A stretch of 64,000 bases of DNA. Origin: Dehalococcoidia bacterium. Its GTDB lineage: Bacteria > Chloroflexota > Dehalococcoidia > Lucifugimonadales > UBA826. The stretch spans positions 116,681-180,680 of the forward strand of contig JAPYSB010000002.1 of NCBI GenBank assembly GCA_029936675.1. Reading direction: 5' to 3'. Below the pieces are notes generated by a model that saw nothing but the letters and a program-made list of their open reading frames with translations, searched no databases and was not told the DNA's origin. Both the position numbers and the translations under genes were made by a program. Positions 54,488-61,932 of this stretch are shown here, piece after piece (position 1 is the first letter of the stretch; the number at the start of each line of letters is the position of its first letter).

Positions 54488-54665
54488 AATTAATTCCTAT
54501 ATTACCAGAATTACTGCATTTATTCTATTAATTACTGCCTTATTTTATTATTTTATTGCCCTATTCATAATTTAAAAAATTCGCCAATGGTCCTTAAAAA
54601 TAAGTTAGGGAATATATAAAATTACTCGGTAAGATCAGAATGGCGTGCAAAAAAATCCAGTTAAG

Positions 54666-54875
54666 TTAAAGAAGACCAACAGATTTAGCCGCTCTCTTAA
54701 CATCATCCACCCGGAAAGCCCTTAATATGCTTTTTACCTCAGCCCCCGTCTTTTCCAAATCCACTAGCCGAGAAACCCTGTCAGGCTTATTCCCCGTCGT
54801 TGGTAATTTAAGTGATTTAAGGGCATATGAAAGATCATCAGATCTAAAATTTTGGAGAAATTCTTCGAAATCCAT
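54666..54875 (-). CDS. Small SAP/Rho_N-like domain protein
   Basis: 69 aa with a good RBS (GGAGA 8 nt upstream). DDLSYALKSLKLPTTGNKPDRVSRLVDL fits the SAP helix-extended-helix motif (L..aLk.l.L...G.K...i.RL). Confidence 0.5.
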   Translation of the reverse strand: MDFEEFLQNFRSDDLSYALKSLKLPTTGNKPDRVSRLVDLEKTGAEVKSILRAFRVDDVKRAAKSVGLL

Positions 54876-55034
54876 AGAGGTATCTCCAATTTAACGAATA
54901 CAACAAAATATTTCGCCCGATTATACAGACACTTACCCATGTTGATAAGGCAAAAGAGAAATAATCCTATATCTGCGACGTAAGGCTCATGAAAAGTAGC
55001 GTAGAATGTTTCGTATTTGAGTGGGAGATTAAAC

Positions 55035-55877
55035 ATGGCGGTTAAAATAGTCACAGACAGCACTTCAGATTTAGATCCAGCCCTCGCAGAGGAATTGGAC
55101 ATAACGGTAGTCCCTTTAAACGTACATTTTGGCCAGACTATCTACAAAGATGGAATTGACCTAAACACGGATCAGTTTTTTGACAAGCTGATAAACGGCA
55201 CAGTGTTTCCTTCCACCTCACAGCCGTCGCTGGGTGAATTTGTAGATGTCTATGAAAAAGTTAGCCAACCTGGAGATGTGATTATCTCAATTCATGTATC
55301 TTCAAAGCTTAGCGGTACCATCAATTCTGCCCAGCAAGCCGCAACCACTTTGTCAGATAAGATCGATGTCAAAATTGTGGATACACAACAGGTATCGATG
55401 ACAGTCGGGTTGTCGGCTCTCGGTGCCGCTAAAGCAGCCCAAGCAGGACAATCCGCAGAAGAATGCATTGCCATCGCTGAGTCAATAGCCCGCAGAAGCA
55501 ACTTTTTTGCTTTATTTGACACATTGGAATACCTAGAAAAAGGCGGGAGAATCGGAAAAGCGAGATCCTTGATAGGGGGTCTGCTGAAAATCCGTCCAAT
55601 TTTGCGTGTTGAGGACGGGGAAATCGGTCAATTCGGAAAGGCTCGCTCAAGAAATATGGGAATGATGAAATTGGAGCAGGCTGTCAGGGATCTTGGAGAA
55701 TTAGATGATATCGCTATTGTTTACAGTACTGACGGCACTGACGCAGAAAATTTAGCGACAACGGTGCAGGAACTCCTACCGGAAGGAAAAGTACCCTACA
55801 TAACCAGAGTAGGACCAGTAATAGGAACTCACGCAGGGCCAGATTTAGTTGCGATTGCGGCAATTACCTCCACCTAA
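55035..55877 (+). CDS. DegV-family fatty-acid-binding protein
   Basis: VKIVTDSTSDLDPALAEELDITVVPLNVHF, TSQPS, HVSSKLSGT. Start at ATG 55035 after GGGAG. Confidence 0.9.
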   Translation: MAVKIVTDSTSDLDPALAEELDITVVPLNVHFGQTIYKDGIDLNTDQFFDKLINGTVFPSTSQPSLGEFVDVYEKVSQPGDVIISIHVSSKLSGTINSAQQAATTLSDKIDVKIVDTQQVSMTVGLSALGAAKAAQAGQSAEECIAIAESIARRSNFFALFDTLEYLEKGGRIGKARSLIGGLLKIRPILRVEDGEIGQFGKARSRNMGMMKLEQAVRDLGELDDIAIVYSTDGTDAENLATTVQELLPEGKVPYITRVGPVIGTHAGPDLVAIAAITST

Positions 55878-55991
55878 ACTATAAAAAAAATTAAAGAGAT
55901 GGCCTTTCAATTTAACTAACAGTACGATATGACAAGATACGGTTGGTTTAGATAGAAACACTAGTAATCGAAGATGCATATGGAGGATTTT

Positions 55992-56606
55992 ATGGCAACA
56001 ATTACGAAGTGGAAAATTAACGGGACCTACTTTGAGTCTTGCGATTGTGATATCGCTTGTCCATGTGTATTTTTGCAACCACCTTCCACAGATGATGGGG
56101 CGTGTAACGTAGTTATCGCCTGGAATATCGAATCAGGAGACTTTGGAGGAACTAATCTAGGGGGACTTTCTGTTGCCCTGGCGGTTCATTCTCCCGAAAT
56201 CATGACAGACGGTAATTGGAAAGCGGCAGTATATCTTGATGAAAATGCAGATAGTGCCCAACAAGAGGCACTCGGCCAGATATTTAGCGGGCAAGGTGGA
56301 GGACATTTTGAAGTACTTTCCGGATTTATTGGAGAGATTCTAGGGGTAGCAACAGCTTCCATTGATTACCGATCAGACGGGAAAAAACGCGGAGTCACCA
56401 TAGGGAACATCGCGGAAATTGAGATAGAAGCCATACTAGGAGTCGAGGGAGAAGACGTGACGATAGCGGGTAATCCCTTAGGCGTAGTTCCTGGGGTCCC
56501 TTTACACATAGCGCAATCCAGTGTGAGTAAATTCAGCGACCACGGTTTAACCTGGGATAACGCGGGTAATAACGGATTCTTTTCCGCATTCAGTTACGAA
56601 AACTAG
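55992..56606 (+). CDS. DUF1326-family protein
   Basis: WKINGTYFESCDCDIACPCVF, LGGLSVAL, EQQEALGQIFSGQGGG. Start at ATG 55992, 5 nt after GGAGG. Confidence 0.75.
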   Translation: MATITKWKINGTYFESCDCDIACPCVFLQPPSTDDGACNVVIAWNIESGDFGGTNLGGLSVALAVHSPEIMTDGNWKAAVYLDENADSAQQEALGQIFSGQGGGHFEVLSGFIGEILGVATASIDYRSDGKKRGVTIGNIAEIEIEAILGVEGEDVTIAGNPLGVVPGVPLHIAQSSVSKFSDHGLTWDNAGNNGFFSAFSYEN

Positions 56607-56625
56607 ATAAAAAGGCTAGCAGGCT

Positions 56626-57435
56626 ATGATGGGACTGGGGTCGGGTAACGGCTCGCTGTCGGTATACAATCGTGACAGGGCAATAATTGTTGTCGCAATC
56701 ATAATAATAACCTGTGTGTCGTGGGTATATCTATTTAATCTATCTGCTGACATGAATAACATGTCGAGCTTGGATAGTAAGACTGGCTTGTCACGTGCTA
56801 TGCCGAATATGGTGCCTTGGAGATTTTCAGACTGGATATCGATGTTTGTCATGTGGTTTGTAATGATGATCGGCATGATGGTGCCAACCGCGTCCCCTAT
56901 GATCCTGATGTTTTCAGCGGTCAATCAACAAAAGAAGGAACAAAACCAGCCATATGTGGCGACTATTGTTTTTCTTTCAGGATATGTTTTGGTCTGGTTA
57001 AGTTTTTCCATCGGAGCTACAGTCATCAACTGGATTCTCCATTCCAACACACTTCTATCCGGAATGATGGGTGAATCAACAAGTAATTTATTCGGAGGTG
57101 CCTTGTTAATTTTGGCAGGTATTTTTCAATGGACCCCGATAAAAAGAGCTTGCCTGACCAATTGTAGAACTCCCATGGGTTTCTTAATGGCCGAATGGAA
57201 AAATGGCTCCTATGGAGCCCTTAGAATGGGTCTCGGCCATGGAACCTATTGTTTAGGTTGCTGTTGGTTGCTAATGGCACTACTATTCGTTTTAGGTGTA
57301 ATGAACCTCCTTTGGATTGCAATACTGACTGCTTTGGTCCTTGTTGAGAAAGTAGCACCCAAAGGAGATTGGGTGTCTCGAATCACAGGTATAGGATTTG
57401 CAGTTTGGGGAATTATGCTGTTATTTCAGATTTAG
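56626..57435 (+). CDS. DUF2182-family predicted metal-binding integral membrane protein
   Basis: FVMWFVMMIGMMVPTASPMILMF, CLTNCRTPMGFL, GLGHGTYCLGCCWLLMALLFVLGVMNLLWIA, VLVEK. Confidence 0.75.
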   Translation: MMGLGSGNGSLSVYNRDRAIIVVAIIIITCVSWVYLFNLSADMNNMSSLDSKTGLSRAMPNMVPWRFSDWISMFVMWFVMMIGMMVPTASPMILMFSAVNQQKKEQNQPYVATIVFLSGYVLVWLSFSIGATVINWILHSNTLLSGMMGESTSNLFGGALLILAGIFQWTPIKRACLTNCRTPMGFLMAEWKNGSYGALRMGLGHGTYCLGCCWLLMALLFVLGVMNLLWIAILTALVLVEKVAPKGDWVSRITGIGFAVWGIMLLFQI

Positions 57436-57464
57436 CGGACGATTAAAATTTAGGAGGAAGATAC

Positions 57465-58577
57465 ATGACCTTGAGAGGAAGAGGAGCCATCGTTGGCATT
57501 GGGGAGGTGCCGACTCGCCGTATTTATGAAGGGCGAAGCATGTACGGGCTATGTGCTGAGGCTGCTGGTTTGGCAATAGCAGATGCAGGCATCACCAAGA
57601 ATGATATAGACGGTCTCGTTACAGACGGCGTGGCACTCCCACCCGCAATAGCGGAATATATGGACATTAAACCTAATTTTGCAACCGGAGTCTCAATGCA
57701 GGGAGCCAGCGGAGCAACAGCTACAATGGTAGCCACCTCTGCAGTCAGTAGTGGAATTTGTAACACCGTTCTGGTAGTGATGGGTAATTCTCGGCAAGAT
57801 GCTGAAAGGGCAGGCCGGCCGGCCGGCCGTGGAGCTTCTGGCCCCAGCGTGAGGTCAGAGTGGGAGGAGCCTCATGGTATGGCTCCCGGAGCCAATACTG
57901 GTTACGGTCTAATGTATCGAAGGCACATCCATGAGTATGGCACAACAGAAGAGCAATTAGCCAAAATGGCAGCAGACCAAAGATTCAATGCCTTAGAGAA
58001 TGAGAATGCTGTTTTCAATGGACAACCAATAAGCGCCGAAGATGTTTTGAATTCAAGATATATCAATGAGCCACTAAAGTTATTGGAGTCTGTCATGCCG
58101 TGTGACGGTGCTGCGGCACTGATAATTACTACTCCTGAACGAGCCAAAAATATGAGAAACAAACCTGCATATGTACTTGGCGTAGGATTAAAGCAAGGTG
58201 AAGCCAATATATGGCAACGAGACAAATTCACAGAAACCCCGGCAGTTGATTCCGTAAGGAGGGCCTTGGAAATGGCTGGTTGCACCCCTAGCGACATAGA
58301 ATTCGCGGAATTCTACGACTGCTACACCATATTAGCAGCTATGTGTATTGAAGATGCCGGTCTTGTAGAGAAGGGAGAAATAGGCCCCTTTTACGAAGAA
58401 ACTGATACAACATATAAAGGTGCATTTCCTATAAACACGGATGGTGGTCAACTTTCGGGCGGTCAGCCAGGATTGGCAGGTGGATTCAGGCATGTGATAG
58501 AAGGTGCGCGACAAATAATGGGCAAGGCTGGGTCAAGACAAGTAGAGAAAAGCGACTTATGTCTGGTGAATGGTTGA
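57465..58577 (+). CDS. Thiolase-fold (SCP-x/Ltp-like) protein lacking the canonical catalytic residues; ends at an in-frame TGA inside the conserved C-terminal motif
   Basis: Strong RBS AGGAGGAAG. AIVGIGEVP, LVTDG, VLVVMGNS, MPCDGAAALII, NTDGGQLSGGQPG. The frame continues after TGA 58575-58577 as GGTASEMCSLVLGSENTL to TAG 58632-58634. Confidence 0.8.
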   Translation: MTLRGRGAIVGIGEVPTRRIYEGRSMYGLCAEAAGLAIADAGITKNDIDGLVTDGVALPPAIAEYMDIKPNFATGVSMQGASGATATMVATSAVSSGICNTVLVVMGNSRQDAERAGRPAGRGASGPSVRSEWEEPHGMAPGANTGYGLMYRRHIHEYGTTEEQLAKMAADQRFNALENENAVFNGQPISAEDVLNSRYINEPLKLLESVMPCDGAAALIITTPERAKNMRNKPAYVLGVGLKQGEANIWQRDKFTETPAVDSVRRALEMAGCTPSDIEFAEFYDCYTILAAMCIEDAGLVEKGEIGPFYEETDTTYKGAFPINTDGGQLSGGQPGLAGGFRHVIEGARQIMGKAGSRQVEKSDLCLVNG

Positions 58578-58664
58578 GGAGGCACAGCGAGCGAAATGTG
58601 CTCGCTAGTTCTCGGGTCCGAGAACACACTCTAGGCCATTAAAAACAAATATCGAGGTTTTAAA

Positions 58665-59081
58665 ATGACTTCAGCATACGATAAACCAGTACCTATACCA
58701 TCCAATGCCGACTTGACTAAGCCTTTTTGGGAAGCTGCTAAGCGCGGAGAATTGATTATCCCATATTGCAATTCATGTTCAAACCTTTTTTTCTACCCTC
58801 GAGAAGTTTGTCCAAATTGCTTTTCCAAAGATCTCGACTGGAAAAAAATGTCTGGTAAGGGGCACGTGTACACTTACACCCATGTCAGGCAGGCGGTTCA
58901 TCCATCCTTTCAATCAGCGAACGGTCATATTTATGCCATAGTTCAACTGGATGAAGGCCCTAAAATCCCTTCGGGTATATCAGGGTGCGAACCGAAAGAG
59001 GTGTACGTAAACATGCCAGTTTCAGTGGTTTTTGATGACATAACTGAGGATTACACCCTAGTTAAATTCCAAAAGTGCTGA
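58665..59081 (+). CDS. DUF35 OB-fold / rubredoxin-like zinc-ribbon acyl-CoA-associated protein
   Basis: FWEAAKRGELIIPYCNSCSNLFFYPREVCPNCFSKDLDWKKMSGKGHVYTYT is the classic DUF35 N-terminal Zn ribbon (CxxC...CxxC) plus OB fold. Sits directly after a thiolase-fold gene. Confidence 0.8.
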   Translation: MTSAYDKPVPIPSNADLTKPFWEAAKRGELIIPYCNSCSNLFFYPREVCPNCFSKDLDWKKMSGKGHVYTYTHVRQAVHPSFQSANGHIYAIVQLDEGPKIPSGISGCEPKEVYVNMPVSVVFDDITEDYTLVKFQKC

Positions 59082-59091
59082 AAGTTAAATT

Positions 59092-59166
59092 TGGAGCGGA
59101 AGACGGGATTCGAACCCGCGACCTTCTCCTTGGCAAGGAGATGCTCTACCACTGAGCCACTTCCGC
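59092..59166 (-). tRNA. tRNA-Gly (anticodon GCC), CCA encoded
   Basis: The reverse complement folds as acceptor gcggaag/cttccgc, D arm gctc-agtggta-gagc, anticodon arm tctcc-ttGCCaa-ggaga, T arm gcggg-ttcgaat-cccgt, then t-cca. Confidence 0.9.
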
Positions 59167-59205
59167 TAGTCAAGCCGAATCAATACAGATCTAGGCCTTA
59201 GGGCG

Positions 59206-59278
<73 letters not shown>

Positions 59279-59535
59279 CTATACCAAGCCGAGAATACAT
59301 CCTATTGCCGAGAATTATCAGTGTCAAGGAATTTAATTGAAAGTATTTTCTTTCGGCACCGCCCAAACACATTTTCTTATGTTTGGGCGGAGAGTAACCA
59401 GTATTACCCCTACCAGTCAGCCACCAGTCAGCTTATGGTGTACAATAACCGCTCAATTACTTAGGGCAGCTTTTTTGAGCATTTCATGACTATAATTAGG
59501 TGACTGGAATACTTAAGGCTCTGAGAGGTGATCTA

Positions 59536-60918
59536 TTGGCTGATTTTGACGTAGTTGTTTTAGGCGCAGGCCCAGGGGGATATGTGGCTGCTATAAGAGC
59601 GGCCCAGCTTGGCTTGAAAACAGCAATTGTAGAAAAAGATTCCGTCGGCGGAGTTTGCCTTAATTGGGGATGTATACCAAGCAAGTCGCTCCTCAGAAAC
59701 GCCGAAGTGCTTAACTTGGTTAACAACGCTGAAGAATTTGGAATTACATTCGAAAACATAACTTACGATTTTTCTAAGGCTATCTCACGTAGTCGGGAAG
59801 TTGTTGATAAATTGACCTCCGGTGTCCAATATTTATTGAATAAAAACCAGGTTGAACTTATTGAGGGAACCGGAAAGTTAGCCGGACCCCATGAAATAGA
59901 AATCATGGAGAATAATCGAAAATTTACCTCCGAAAACATAATAATCGCGACCGGGGCCAGGCAAAGAGATATTGATTCTATGCCTATTGACCACCACGTA
60001 GTAATCAATAGCCGCGATGCGCTAAACATGTCAGAAATTCCTGATGATATTACGATAATAGGTGCCGGTGCCACAGGGGTAGAGTTCGCACATATATACA
60101 GAAGCTACGGTGCGAAAGTAACCCTAGTGGAAATGATGGATAGAATTATACCTAACGAAGACTCAGAGATTAGTGATTTACTAAAAAAATCCTTCGCAGA
60201 AAGAGAAATAGATATAAAAGTTGGGGTAGCCGTAAAATCAATAGAGGCTTCAACTGGAATAGCTTCGGTCACATTAGTAACAAACGAAGAAGAACATTTA
60301 ATCACTTCTGACAAAGTACTAGTTGCCGTGGGGGTACAGCCCAACACAGACGGAATAGGTTTAGAGAAGGCAGGAATAACCACCAATAAAGGTTTCATAT
60401 CAATTGGTGAAAATATGGAAACAAATGTCTCAGGTGTTTACGCAATTGGAGATGTGACCGGGAAAATGCTCTTGGCTCACGTAGCCTCTGCTCAAGCTGT
60501 GACTGCCGTTGAATACATAGCGGGATTAAACCCTGCCCCAGTTGACTATCAATTAATGCCGAGAGCTATATATTGTGAACCGCAAGTCGCCAGTTTTGGG
60601 ATGACCGAAGCACAAGCTAAAGAACAGGGCATTGAGACCAAAATAGGGAGATTCCCCTTTTCTGCTAGCGGCAAAGCGATTGCCCTCGGGCGTACGGAAG
60701 GAATTATTAAACTAGTCATAGACCCCGAAATCGGAGAGATACTCGGTGCACATATGATAGGGCCGGAGGTGACAGAACTTCTTGCTGAATTATCTATGAC
60801 AAAATTATTGGAGGGAACAACCACAGAGCTTGGATGGTTAGTTCACCCTCATCCGACAATATCTGAGACTTTGAAAGAAGCAGCTTTAGACTCAAACGGT
60901 GAAGCGATCCACATTTAA
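59536..60918 (+). CDS. lpdA: Dihydrolipoyl dehydrogenase (E3)
   Basis: FDVVVLGAGPGGYVAAIRAAQLG, redox-active GGVCLNWGCIPSK, IIGAGATGVEFA, C-terminal HPHPTISE. Start set at TTG 59536, 7 nt after GAGAGG. The longest ORF starts at GTG 59500. Confidence 0.9.
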   Translation: MADFDVVVLGAGPGGYVAAIRAAQLGLKTAIVEKDSVGGVCLNWGCIPSKSLLRNAEVLNLVNNAEEFGITFENITYDFSKAISRSREVVDKLTSGVQYLLNKNQVELIEGTGKLAGPHEIEIMENNRKFTSENIIIATGARQRDIDSMPIDHHVVINSRDALNMSEIPDDITIIGAGATGVEFAHIYRSYGAKVTLVEMMDRIIPNEDSEISDLLKKSFAEREIDIKVGVAVKSIEASTGIASVTLVTNEEEHLITSDKVLVAVGVQPNTDGIGLEKAGITTNKGFISIGENMETNVSGVYAIGDVTGKMLLAHVASAQAVTAVEYIAGLNPAPVDYQLMPRAIYCEPQVASFGMTEAQAKEQGIETKIGRFPFSASGKAIALGRTEGIIKLVIDPEIGEILGAHMIGPEVTELLAELSMTKLLEGTTTELGWLVHPHPTISETLKEAALDSNGEAIHI

Positions 60919-60958
60919 AGAAGAACAAAAAGTGACCACTACCTCAAATATAGAAAAC

Positions 60959-61930
60959 ATGGAAAAACAAGAAGCGTTGGGTATTTTCAGCCGGATGCTT
61001 TTGATAAGACGTTTTGAAGAAGAAGCCGAACGTTTGTATAGAAAGGGTCTTGTAAGAGGATTCTTACATACATATATTGGTGAGGAAGCGATAGCGGTAG
61101 GAGCTATACCAATCCTGCGGGAAGACGATTACGTCATAGGTCATTACCGGGACCACGGCCACGCGTTAGCTAGGGGCATTGACCCAAAAGCCGCCATGGC
61201 CGAGTTATGTGGAAAATCTACCGGGTGCAGTGGTGGCAAGGGAGGTTCCATGCACCTGTTTGACATTGAAAAACATTTTATGGGCGGTCATGCAATCGTC
61301 GGAGGCCAACTTCCGTTAGCAATCGGGATAGCACTTGGAGTGAAGTTAAAACAATTAGATAGTGTAGTAATGTGTTTTTTTGGAGATGGAGCTGTGAATG
61401 AAGGTGAATTCCATGAAGCTATGAACATAGCCTCATTATGGAAACTGCCAGTGGTGTTTATGCTGGAAAACAATCTTTATGGCATGGGTACAGATGTGAA
61501 TCGTTCTCGAGCCGGTGGTTCCAGTATATATGGGGCAGCTGAGCCGTATATGATCCCAGCCGTTCAAATAGACGGTATGGACGTGATGGCGGTGAGAGAA
61601 ACTGTCATAGAAGGCGTCGCAAAAGTCCGAGAAGGGCAAGGCCCAGTGTTTATTGAATCTATGGCCTATCGGTTCCACGGACATTCCATGGCAGATCCAT
61701 CAAATTACAGAGATAATGAGGAAGTTCAAGAAAACAGAACACGTGATCCAATCGACAAATTCAGAGATGATTGCATAGAGGCAGGCAAGGTAGACGGCAA
61801 TGATATCGCACTTGTAGCGGAGCAAATAGATATCCTGGTTCAAGAGGCAAGGGAATTTGCCGAACAAAGCCCAGAGCCTACTGCTGAAGACCTCTATACC
61901 CACATTTATGCGGAACCGGAGGGGAATTAA
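60959..61930 (+). CDS. 2-oxoacid (pyruvate/acetoin-type) dehydrogenase E1 alpha subunit, TPP-dependent
   Basis: MLLIRRFEEEAERLYRKGLVRGFLHTYIGEEAIAVG, the TPP motif GDGAVNEGEFHEAMNIASLWKLPVVFMLENN, YRFHGHSMADP. The short AcoA/PdhA-like N-terminus favours ATG 60959 over upstream GTGs. Confidence 0.9.
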   Translation: MEKQEALGIFSRMLLIRRFEEEAERLYRKGLVRGFLHTYIGEEAIAVGAIPILREDDYVIGHYRDHGHALARGIDPKAAMAELCGKSTGCSGGKGGSMHLFDIEKHFMGGHAIVGGQLPLAIGIALGVKLKQLDSVVMCFFGDGAVNEGEFHEAMNIASLWKLPVVFMLENNLYGMGTDVNRSRAGGSSIYGAAEPYMIPAVQIDGMDVMAVRETVIEGVAKVREGQGPVFIESMAYRFHGHSMADPSNYRDNEEVQENRTRDPIDKFRDDCIEAGKVDGNDIALVAEQIDILVQEAREFAEQSPEPTAEDLYTHIYAEPEGN

Positions 61931-61932
61931 AG

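Noticed and set aside
52894-55016. Integrated genomic island at tRNA-Asn with att repeats
   Set aside because: By eye I found no copy of the tRNA 3' segment (ggttcgaatccagcctgcggagcca) downstream, and no integrase, excisionase or transposase. Only the compositional shift and the unknown genes remain, and those are reported as a finding without the island claim.
58575-58577. Genome-wide UGA reassignment (genetic code 4 or 25) as the explanation for the in-frame TGA
   Set aside because: TGA ends several full-length genes at the expected place. Examples are sulfatase 41147..42466 (...MTN-TGA), ssuD (...KHLL-TGA), ADH 51719..52753 (...IQQN-TGA) and the MR-family gene. So TGA is a normal stop here.
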